In this document: in pieces, positions 11,345 through 20,819 of the stretch
Numbering within the stretch: the stretch's first letter is position 1
Layout of the letters: each line of letters starts with the position of its first letter
Program-made: the position numbers and the translations under genes
Assembly (NCBI GenBank): GCA_024626585.2
Contig: JANKJI020000004.1
Location: forward strand, 23,755,254 to 23,776,072
Direction: 5' to 3'
Length of the DNA stretch: 20,819 bases
From: Ginkgo biloba
Taxonomy: Eukaryota; Plantae; Ginkgophyta
The notes under the pieces: generated by a model
Seen by the model: the letters and a program-made list of their open reading frames with translations, nothing else
Databases searched by the model: none
Told to the model about the DNA's origin: nothing

Positions 11345-12539
11345 CCACCTAATAACCACAATCCATCATTCTTTTAGGAGGCATATGAACTCTAGAACAA
11401 AATGAAAGGGAACACACCCCCCATAGAGACCACATGAGAGAAGCTACGAACCAAAATCAAGCCACAATTAAGCCACTCAAAACCAAGAAATAATATACAC
11501 TCACCTCCTTCCATGCCCACAGACATGAAATAACTCCCCCTTTCCTTCCACTAGATCAAATCCACCATGAATGTAAGATTTGTATCTTTAATGTGTTAGA
11601 ACATATTAAAAGAAGTGCAAACTTCTCTACGATACCAGAGACAATGCCTGAATGTGAACTTACCTTAGAAATTTTGTCTAGAGGCCCTTCTCCATCTTGG
11701 GCAAAAGTGATAATTTTTTGCATATGATCCACTGTGGAGAGCAAGATTGAGTCCTCAGCACTCTCATCGATTAGATCAACCATCTTCTATCCTTCCAAGG
11801 ACATCCCTTGGTCCTTTTGTAACAAGAGGTGAGCATTTTCTAAAATCATGGGCACTATTTGGCCAACATTACCAAGAACATACTCGATTTGTGCCTCCAT
11901 CATGCCCTGGTCATTTTGTTCTAAAATCAACTTCAGGCTCTCACTAGCATCGTCTAGGCTCAAGACTCCCTCCATGCAGCCCTCCAAAGACTTCTTCTTA
12001 ATAAAAGTTGCCTCCTTTTCTATTCTCTCTATAACTGGGATCTCATATTGGTCCTAAGTGATCTCCTCTATAGGTGCATCTATAAGATACCCCATATCTA
12101 CGAGCACATCAAAGGGATTTTTTGAGTTCAGTACATTCATGATCATGGTGGATTTCTTACCCACTCTGGATCCTCGTTTTGTTGAAGCCTCCTTCTAGTT
12201 ATTCAATTCAATCTCCATAGCTTCCAGAGTTGATTGAGAATTATCCCCTTGTCTTGATTGTGCCTTAATTCCCTCTACTATTTTGACATGTAGGTTGATG
12301 GCCCCTCCGTCTCTCACTTCTGGATTTGATTCCTTCTCCTTGACCTGCATACGAGCATGATCAGATCTGGATTGACCTGCATCCCCATTTTTATTCATTA
12401 GTGGACACCATTTTACCAAATGACCATACCTTCTACATCGGATACATTTGAAAGGAACTCCCTCATAATCTATTTATTGAACTAACTTGTGGTCTCTCAT
12501 GATCATCTCCACATCCTCAGGGAGTCCTTCCATTATATT
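11345..12539 (-). mobile_element. L1-type LINE remnant: ORF1 C-terminus with zinc knuckle, possibly running into the decayed start of the ORF2 endonuclease
   Basis: NIMEGLPEDVEMIMRDHKLVQ*IDYEGVPFKCIRCRRYGHLVKWCP shows the plant LINE ORF1 signature QxxDYExxPFxC-x2-C-x4-H-x4-C (knuckle at 12405-12446). Downstream similarity to the endonuclease is only weak, so the left boundary is uncertain. Confidence 0.8.
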
Positions 12540-14719
12540 NNNNNNNNNNNNNNNNNNNNNNNNNNNNNNNNNNNNNNNNNNNNNNNNNNNNNNNNNNNNN
12601 NNNNNNNNNNNNNNNNNNNNNNNNNNNNNNNNNNNNNNNNNNNNNNNNNNNNNNNNNNNNNNNNNNNNNNNNNNNNNNNNNNNNNNNNNNNNNNNNNNNN
12701 NNNNNNNNNNNNNNNNNNNNNNNNNNNNNNNNNNNNNNNNNNNNNNNNNNNNNNNNNNNNNNNNNNNNNNNNNNNNNNNNNNNNNNNNNNNNNNNNNNNN
12801 NNNNNNNNNNNNNNNNNNNNNNNNNNNNNNNNNNNNNNNNNNNNNNNNNNNNNNNNNNNNNNNNNNNNNNNNNNNNNNNNNNNNNNNNNNNNNNNNNNNN
12901 NNNNNNNNNNNNNNNNNNNNNNNNNNNNNNNNNNNNNNNNNNNNNNNNNNNNNNNNNNNNNNNNNNNNNNNNNNNNNNNNNNNNNNNNNNNNNNNNNNNN
13001 NNNNNNNNNNNNNNNNNNNNNNNNNNNNNNNNNNNNNNNNNNNNNNNNNNNNNNNNNNNNNNNNNNNNNNNNNNNNNNNNNNNNNNNNNNNNNNNNNNNN
13101 NNNNNNNNNNNNNNNNNNNNNNNNNNNNNNNNNNNNNNNNNNNNNNNNNNNNNNNNNNNNNNNNNNNNNNNNNNNNNNNNNNNNNNNNNNNNNNNNNNNN
13201 NNNNNNNNNNNNNNNNNNNNNNNNNNNNNNNNNNNNNNNNNNNNNNNNNNNNNNNNNNNNNNNNNNNNNNNNNNNNNNNNNNNNNNNNNNNNNNNNNNNN
13301 NNNNNNNNNNNNNNNNNNNNNNNNNNNNNNNNNNNNNNNNNNNNNNNNNNNNNNNNNNNNNNNNNNNNNNNNNNNNNNNNNNNNNNNNNNNNNNNNNNNN
13401 NNNNNNNNNNNNNNNNNNNNNNNNNNNNNNNNNNNNNNNNNNNNNNNNNNNNNNNNNNNNNNNNNNNNNNNNNNNNNNNNNNNNNNNNNNNNNNNNNNNN
13501 NNNNNNNNNNNNNNNNNNNNNGTTAAAACATTTCTCCACGTTAAGTTAGCAAGGTTAATAAAGAAGTAGGTCTCCCATTTTGATTTTATGCTACGCTTAA
13601 GCTTTGTTTTAGTTTTTTGTACTTCATCTCTCAATCAATATTTCAAAGTTACACTTTACAAGATCACCATACTATATGTTTTAGTAAAACTATTAAATTT
13701 GGATGATTATCTTAGAAGCATAAATGTGTATTGCACAAACATGTAAGTTTCAATAAAACTACAAAATTTGATTCTTACCTTCAAAGCCTTAACTTACATT
13801 ATATGGAATGCCTTGATCCACTATAGTGTTATGCAATTAACATTATTCATTCTATTGCTTCTTAGCATTATTGAGCATAACACTATATGCAAATAAAGAT
13901 TAAGATCTTGAGATCCATGGTTAACTTTCATTTTCATTACCCTTTCACGGGATGCCATGCAAATCCATATCATTACAAACATTGCAAAAGGGGACATATG
14001 GACGTATCTAGTGTGGACACCAACTCTTCTTGTTTTTTGGTAAAGATTCAATGCAAATGATTAGAAAACACTCATTTTGGATTGGTTTTCAAACATTGAA
14101 AATGAAACCTTTTGATGTATTACTTGTGAGCCAATTATGTCATTTGTTTACAAACGTGAAAAAGGTTTGAAATGGATGGCTTTAATAGCATTAGTTTGTT
14201 GTTAGTTAATAGACAAAGAAACAAGAAAGAGGGATGGATTCATTTCATCTGCAGAGCATGCTAATTATGGGCAACAGGGGTAACATTTTGTCTGATTTGA
14301 AGAGAGGAAGGAGGAACAATTTTTTGATATTTCAGGCGGATGGGGAGTGGGGAAGGCAAGTCTGTTGATTTATTATTGGAAGGTGTTTTTGGGCATTTCA
14401 GAATTTGTCCTCTTTGGCACTCCCGACGTTCCAATTTGGGTACCTCTGTGGCCTATACAAATTCAAATTCTCCCCTTCCTTCATGTACTTCAATCTCTGC
14501 TTTCTTGGATTGGAGCCTACACGCACTATTCATTATCCAAAACCAACTGAATGTTTTTCATTGAAGAGCCAGAGATTGGTTTGTGTGCGCACTGTTTATG
14601 GAACTTTGGCTCCTCCAGAATGATTTTATGTAAAACCAGAGAAATAATTGAATAATTGATGAGATTGGTTCTTCTTTGGATGCAGTTGGCGTGCGTTTTC
14701 CTATCTTGAATGGGCATTC

Positions 14720-15419
14720 ATGATAGAATCATTTCCTGAGAGTTTTGGGGGGTCAAAAGTTGTCAAACAAAGTTTTGCACCCCTTCATGTGATAGAGCTC
14801 ATTGAGACCTTTAAAACAAGTACTTGAAGTCCCCAAACTGAGTTACAGTTTAAAAGTTATGCCTTCTACAAGGTGACTATCAATTAGACCTTTTACAAAA
14901 CAACTTTGTCAAAAAAATTGAGATTCAAGCATTCACCAATGCAATCTTTGCAACCAATTAAGCTTTAGCTTATCAATCTCACAAAGTAAGAGCTATCAAA
15001 GCTCTAATACCATGTTAAAAAACCTAGAGCTTTCAAAGAAAATACAGTGGTTTCTTATTGGCCATTCCCCAAGCTTTATGAAATAAACAAAGTAACTGTA
15101 AAGACTCTCAAAATAGAGGTTTGAATCCAAACAAAATACTAATATCCAAGCTTAAGGAATAANNNNNNNNNNNNNNNNNTTGCATTCTCAAGCATTCAAT
15201 TTGTAGAAGAAGAAGAAGAAAACTTCATGGAACCAAAAACTCTTCTTGAAAACTTAATTTCTCTCTACTAAACTGTTTAGTACAAAATATATACCTAAAA
15301 CTTTGCTTGCCCTAGCTAAAATCCAAAAATCAACCTATGGCATGCAATATGCTCACGGTAAAATAGGAAACTCAACCCTAAAGCAAGTCATGTATGAAGA
15401 GAAAAACATGCATGCACAC
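14720..15419 (-). mobile_element. LTR retrotransposon fragment: 3' end of the 5' LTR (15013 to gap), Met-tRNA PBS (15001-15012) and leader
   Basis: The minus strand reads ...TTTTTTAACA|TGGTATTAGAGC. This is an LTR terminal CA directly followed by an 11/12 match to the canonical tRNAiMet PBS TGGTATCAGAGC. The left boundary is approximate. Confidence 0.7.
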
Positions 15420-16360
15420 NNNNNNNNNNNNNNNNNNNNNNNNNNNNNNNNNNNNNNNNNNNNNNNNNNNNNNNNNNNNNNNNNNNNNNNNNNNNNNNNN
15501 NNNNNNNNNNNNNNNNNNNNNNNNNNNNNNNNNNNNNNNNNNNNNNNNNNNNNNNNNNNNNNNNNNNNNNNNNNNNNNNNNNNNNNNNNNNNNNNNNNNN
15601 NNNNNNNNNNNNNNNNNNNNNNNNNNNNNNNNNNNNNNNNNNNNNNNNNNNNNNNNNNNNNNNNNNNNNNNNNNNNNNNNNNNNNNNNNNNNNNNNNNNN
15701 NNNNNNNNNNNNNNNNNNNNNNNNNNNNNNNNNNNNNNNNNNNNNNNNNNNNNNNNNNNNNNNNNNNNNNNNNNNNNNNNNNNNNNNNNNNNNNNNNNNN
15801 NNNNNNNNNNNNNNNNNNNNNNNNNNNNNNNNNNNNNNNNNNNNNNNNNNNNNNNNNNNNNNNNNNNNNNNNNNNNNNNNNNNNNNNNNNNNNNNNNNNN
15901 NNNNNNNNNNNNNNNNNNNNNNNNNNNNNNNNNNNNNNNNNNNNNNNNNNNNNNNNNNNNNNNNNNNNNNNNNNNNNNNNNNNNNNNNNNNNNNNNNNNN
16001 NNNNNNNNNNNNNNNNNNNNNNNNNNNNNNNNNNNNNNNNNNNNNNNNNNNNNNNNNNNNNNNNNNNNNNNNNNNNNNNNNNNNNNNNNNNNNNNNNNNN
16101 NNNNNNNNNNNNNNNNNNNNNNNNNNNNNNNNNNNNNNNNNNNNNNNNNNNNNNNNNNNNNNNNNNNNNNNNNNNNNNNNNNNNNNNNNNNNNNNNNNNN
16201 NNNNNNNNNNNNNNNNNNNNNNNNNNNNNNNNNNNNNNNNNNNNNNNNNNNNNNNNNNNNNNNNNNNNNNNNNNNNNNNNNNNNNNNNNNNNNNNNNNNN
16301 NNNNNNNNNNNNNNNNNNNNNNNNNNNNNNNNNNNNNNNNNNNNNNNNNNNNNNNNNNNN

Positions 16361-17295
16361 TAACTCATGAGCTCAAGCAGTCACTTTTGCCATCCCCAGT
16401 GACTGTTCCAAACGACAATCCTGATGTGGAGATGATTAAGGGTACCAATTCGGCAACCATTTTAAAACCTGATTCTGCCCTGGGACAGATAGGTAATGAT
16501 GATCAGACATTACCTGGTCCTATGGCAGCAATAAGGGTGCCTTTGTTGAAGGTGGCAAATTTCAAGAGTGGAACGCCACAAGTTTTAGAGGCATCCTATG
16601 CAATTCTGGTGCTAGTTTTGCCTTCTGAGGGTGAGCGAGCATGGACTTCTAATGAATTGGAAATTGTAGAGGTTGTGGTGGATCAGGTTGCCGTTGCACT
16701 CTCTCATGCAGCTGTTTTGGAGGAATCACAGCAGATGAGGGATCAGCTCGTCGACCAGAATAAAGCATTGCAACAGGCAAGGCAGGATGCAATGATGGCA
16801 AGTCAAGCTCGCAGTTCCTTTCAACTGGTAATGAACCATGAAATGAGGACACCCATGCATTCTATTTCTGCTCTCTCATCTATTTTGCAGGCCGGAACCT
16901 TGAGCAACAAACAACGGGTCATTGTAGATATGCTGGCCAAAAGCAGCAGTCTTCTTTCTACACTAGTTAATGATATAATGGATTTTTCTCACACAGAAGA
17001 TTCCAACTTAGTTCTTGAACTCCAATCCTTCCAGCTGCCCTGTATGCTGAAAGAGGCAGCAAATCTTACAAAACACATGTGCAGGACCAAGGGTCTCCAA
17101 CCCATTTTTGAATTGGGTGAGGATATGCCTGACTGTGTGGTTGGAGATGAGAAACGGATCCTGCAGATTATTTTATACACAATCGGAACTGCAATAAATT
17201 CCACCAAACAAGGAACAATATCAGTTCGTGCCTGTGTGGAGGATAGAGCTGAAGGTAGGTGGGACCTCAACAATCCAACATGGCATCTTAACAAT
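16361..17295 (+). CDS. ETR2/EIN4-like: Ethylene receptor, large coding exon (5' end hidden in N gap): GAF domain, HisKA/DHp with H-box, and N-terminal half of the HATPase_c-like domain
   Basis: Open frame THELKQ...GPMAAIRVPLLKVANFKSGTP...YAILVLVLPS...WTSNELEIVEVVVDQVAVALSHAAVLEESQQMRDQLVDQNKALQQARQDAMMASQARSSFQLVMNHEMRTPMH...VVGDEKRILQII. These are signature motifs of plant ethylene receptors; NFKxGTP...YAILV and SHAAVLEESQ are subfamily-II-like. Confidence 0.95.
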
Positions 17296-17698
17296 TAGTC
17301 TACCACAACATCTCACCATGCTTGGCACCTTCCCATCTTTGTCGTCATTCTGTAATGCGACTAACAGTCGTATCTCGCCTCGCCTTACCATATTTATGTT
17401 CTATAATATGGATTCCCTCACCAATGATCCATAGTGTTTCCAGATCAATCATGGCCCATCATGGGATCACACCTCATTGATAATCCATAACATTGTCATA
17501 GGTTAATCGTGGCCTGTTGTAGGGGCACAACTATAATATTAAAAAAATATTTATAATTTTCAAATGATTAAAATTTAAAAATCCTCATATTGAGAGTANN
17601 NNNNNNNNNNNNNNNNNNNNNNNNNNNNNNNNNNNNNNNNNNNNNNNNNNNNNNNNNNNNNNNNNNNNNNNNNNNNNNNNNNNNNNNNNNNNNNNNNN

Positions 17699-17823
17699 CC
17701 AGTTCAAGGATAAACAGCATTGGTGTTCAAAGGTTTGCAAAAGCTGTGGCACAAGACCAAAGCTATTCCCCCAACTATATTGAAGCGGGGCTTGGACTTG
17801 CTATATGCAAAAAGTTTGTGCAG
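17699..17823 (+). CDS. ETR2/EIN4-like: Ethylene receptor, coding segment for the C-terminal part of the kinase-like domain (degenerate G1 box, G2 box)
   Basis: Reads (x)SSRINSIGVQRFAKAVAQDQSYSPNYIEAGLGLAICKKFVQ and ends at a strong donor, CAG|GTAAGT, at 17824. GLGLAICKKFVQ matches the receptor G2 region. The 5' edge is a gap. Confidence 0.88.
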
Positions 17824-18066
17824 GTAAGTAACTTGTTTTGTTGTTTTTGGCTGGGTGTTAAAAGTCTGAACTCAAAATATTTCAGATAATCTTACATCAT
17901 TAATTAGCTGGCATCAAACCTCTCTGTGTTATACCATTGCCCTGACTTGCATATCCCCATAATTAGTGAGGGTCGATTCCTTTGGGAAGTTGGGAGGTTT
18001 GTGTACAAATAAATGGGATTTGACAGATGAATTGATTATCTTATCTTAAATTGTGTTATTCTACAG
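17824..18066 (+). other. GT-AG intron (243 nt, phase 0) of the ethylene receptor
   Basis: GTAAGT donor at 17824 and TTCTACAG acceptor ending at 18066. Splicing joins KKFVQ to LMHGNIW in frame, at the position of the single coding intron of ETR2/EIN4-type genes. Confidence 0.9.
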
Positions 18067-18612
18067 CTTATGCATGGGAATATTTGGAGTGAGCCCATCT
18101 CACAAGGTGGGGGCTCAATTGTAACCTTTTTAGTGAGGTTACAACTGCAGACATCAACTGCAAACAACCAGGGGTTTCCTTCTGATGAATTAAATTACAA
18201 TTGTGCTTTGAAAGGTCTGAGTGTTCTTGTTGTAGATGACAACAACATCAATCGTACAGTCACCAGGAAACTGCTGGAAAAGCTTGGTTGCCAGACAACT
18301 GTGGCTGATTCAGGTTATCAGTGCTTAACAACATTATTTCAGCCTGGAAGTGCATTCCAAGTGATTCTTCTGGATGTTTGCATGCCTGACATGGATGGTT
18401 ATGAGGTAGCCTTCCGCATACGGCAGAAGGTTCGGCCAGAGAATAGGCCTTTAGTGGTTGCCTTGACAGCCAATACAGACAAAGGCACCCGGGATAGATG
18501 CCTCCATATTGGAATGGATGGTGTTATATGGAAGCCTGTTTCATTAAGGGAAATAAGCAATGAGCTTTCGAAACTCATACAGCAGGCAAACCGAATACCA
18601 GAAAATGGGTGA
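18067..18612 (+). CDS. ETR2/EIN4-like: Ethylene receptor, last coding exon: end of kinase-like domain plus complete receiver domain
   Basis: LMHGNIW...LKGLSVLVVDDNNINRTVTRKLLEKLGC...FQVILLDVCMPDMDGYEVAFRIR...RPLVVALTA...CLHIGMDGVIWKPV...ENG-TGA. The receiver's acidic DD pair, phospho-acceptor Asp (18373-18375), Thr and KP motif are all present. Confidence 0.95.
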   Translation, partial: LMHGNIWSEPISQGGGSIVTFLVRLQLQTSTANNQGFPSDELNYNCALKGLSVLVVDDNNINRTVTRKLLEKLGCQTTVADSGYQCLTTLFQPGSAFQVILLDVCMPDMDGYEVAFRIRQKVRPENRPLVVALTANTDKGTRDRCLHIGMDGVIWKPVSLREISNELSKLIQQANRIPENG

Positions 18613-19744
18613 TCTCTACAGTGATTATACTTGTTTCATTATTGAAAAATGTTTCACACAATGACCCTGTAAGGGGTCTTTATCTCATTTTCTGTGTAAG
18701 TTCCTCATCATCTTGTATCATTAATCTCAGAGGTCTTATCTGCAATCTATTCATTCCTACATGAAGAAAATTAAGTGTTTTCAGACAGCTTTTGATTCTT
18801 TTGGTACAATCCATTATTTTTGTGAATTGATTTCAAAATGTTGAAGGCTTTGTGCCATNNNNNNNNNNNNNNNNNNNNNNNNNNNNNNNNNNNNNNNNNN
18901 NNNNNNNNNCACTCTAGCTGGTTAGGAGCCCTACAGCACTTGAATCTATTTTCCTGAAAATACTACAAATGGTTTTGATGGAGGGAACTGCTTAAAACAT
19001 ACTACTTAACAGGACTAACAAGCCAGTACATTGGTTCAAGACTCTTATCTACCAGGACATTTGCTTCTTTACTCTATCCAAAACTAATATGAAAGCTTAG
19101 TTAATTAACACCAATCAATTGAAGTCTTCCTCTCTACTACATCCCAGATAGTTTGATCCAGTACCATTTGAACAGGGGACTCTGGTGTGTTGGCCAGGGT
19201 GGCCTTCTCCTCACGAGGTCTTATCATAGGGTTCTTCCCATTGCAAAAGTAGAAGTTTGGTATGTGTCTCCTCTTGTTCTGAAGACTCTCTGTATTCAAA
19301 TTTCTTCCCTTTATCCCATGCATCTGGTTGCATTTTATCCAATTTCAGCAGAGCTCTTGAATGAACAATAGCTTGATTAACTTCTATGCAAATACTAAAA
19401 TGTCTCTCATAAAGATTCATTTGCATCAACGAGTCTCCTTGTTTCTTTTTCCTGTTAAATTCAAAATTTTGTTTTTTTATATTATATATANNNNNNNNNN
19501 NNNNNNNNNNNNNNNNNNNNNNNNNNNNNNNNNNNNNNNNNNNNNNNNNNNNNNNNNNNNNNNNNNNNNNNNNNNNNNNNNNNNNNNNNNTAATATCTCT
19601 ATTATAATGCAATATAAACTAACAATACATGTTAGAGTTGGGGTCAACATCTTCTAATGGAAAATCTATGAATTTCACAATGAATTAAATTTTTTTGTCA
19701 GTCATGATTTTGCTTGTGCTTGGGCCTAGTGGGTTTCTTGTTAG

Positions 19745-19873
19745 GGAGTGGTCTATGCGACCAACACTTTACCACACATGGCACCATGCAATTCGTTAAA
19801 AGTCCCATCAAAGGCCCAAGAACATATTGCATGGTGCCATGTGTGGTAAAGTGTAAGCCGCATAGATTACTCC
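19745..19873. mobile_element. Fold-back MITE-like element (long inverted repeat)
   Basis: 53-bp arms (19745-19797 and 19821-19873) around a 23-nt loop, with a perfect 29-bp core ACACTTTACCACACATGGCACCATGCAAT (19764-19792 and 19826-19854). The left end is TTA-GGGAGTGG. The inverted repeat is certain; the MITE label is inferred. Confidence 0.75.
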
Positions 19874-20819
19874 TCCTTGTTAGACACCTCTATTAGCTCC
19901 TTCCCATTAGCCACCAAATTTCTTCCTAGCACTTCAATAATATTGGCTATGAATGTGGGCTTCCATGCTTAATGATTTGATAATTTACATTCAAACTTGT
20001 CTAAGTTGTCTTCAAACATTTATGTGAATTTTATGATTGTCCATAAAACCTTTTTTTTTAAAAGCTTTGATGCCTAAAATAAAGCCTTCAATATTTGGCA
20101 CATAACAAGTTTATCCTTGTCATTTTTTCTATGCATTATTAGTTGCCATTAGTACACTCCCATAGCTTCCTCACATGAGGACAAAACGAACACAATGCAC
20201 TAGTTCTTAATGTGCTCTACATCGTGTCCAAACAATGGAATATTGCATGTGTATAAACTTATTTTCCTTTTGATAGAATAGATTTATAACAAGTGTAAAG
20301 TGAAATGTGGCCTTTGTTTCCACCCAAAACAGATCTAAAAACATTCATGTGACAATTTTGCATTATTAAAATAGATTTCAAATTAACATAATTATTTTAT
20401 TTGCATCANNNNNNNNNNTGTATACAATACTTTTGAGATTTAGTAGATAACCTTGATTGCAGTTTACATCGCAATGACGGTTGTACTTATGTGATCTAGA
20501 GAACAATGATTGTGAGAAATGCATTCATTTAATCATGTTGAAAGGCCTTTTGTTTCTTCATTCAACAACTAGAAGAGCCTAGAACATATATTAAATAAAT
20601 GTATTGTTGTTTGCTACTTTCTAGTCAGATTAAATTGCCAAATTGGGTTGAATTTCAATCTTATTTTAAACATTCATCATTGCATCCAATATGTTTCGTA
20701 AAATAGAAATATTTAATAAACATTATGCAATCACAAGACTTACAATATGCAGTGAGAATATTTTTCTATAATGCTCTCACTGTTGTACCATTTTTTCTCC
20801 AATTGTTTCATTTCAAACT

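Noticed and set aside
12474-13634. Long ORFs of 340-386 aa in the ORF track (likewise at 4222-4698, 8364-8991 and 15303-16370)
   Set aside because: They are artefacts of translating through N gaps. The ATG at 15394 is also not the receptor's real start, because it lies in LTR sequence.
14340-14623. Three overlapping short + strand ORFs as the possible N-terminal exon or uORFs of the receptor
   Set aside because: No ethylene-binding-domain motifs (AYFSIP, FIVLCG, TH) in any frame, and uORF status cannot be supported without transcripts.
16361-18612. Bacterial hybrid two-component sensor kinase, contamination or HGT
   Set aside because: A spliceosomal intron, plant ethylene-receptor-specific motifs and a plant retroelement neighbourhood show it is a native plant gene.
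19105-19490. Short ORFs downstream of the receptor as a possible convergent gene exon
   Set aside because: No recognisable domain or clear splice structure, and they are bounded by gaps.
20750-20782. Small hairpin CAGTGAGAATATT...AATGCTCTCACTG
   Set aside because: An 11/13-bp stem is plausible by chance in AT-rich DNA, and there is no supporting context.

Overview
AT-rich, gap-riddled eukaryotic (seed-plant) genomic scaffold; the retroelement types and TE density suggest a gymnosperm-like large genome, which is an inference. The first ~13 kb is a mosaic of decayed retrotransposons. It contains a ~3.2-kb Ty3/gypsy (Tat/Ogre-like) 5' LTR with inverted termini, a PBS-like site and a gag remnant (2818-6668), a Ty1/copia RT remnant (- strand), a gypsy protease and RT remnant (+), a second gypsy pol remnant (-) and an L1-type LINE ORF1 zinc-knuckle remnant (-). 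A further LTR-PBS junction lies at ~15.0 kb. The only host gene is a + strand ethylene receptor (GAF, His-kinase-like and receiver domains; visible CDS 16361-18612). Its N-terminal ethylene-binding domain is not visible and probably lies in the 941-N gap. The receptor mixes subfamily-II features (GAF sequence, exon layout, degenerate N and G1 boxes) with subfamily-I features (intact NHEMRTPMH H-box, GLGLAI G2 box). As assembled, its frame is broken by a TAG and ~300 bp of foreign sequence next to a gap. A 129-bp fold-back (MITE-like) element lies ~1.1 kb past the stop codon. I found no convincing evidence of a wholly new biological system; the intermediate-type receptor is the most interesting item.
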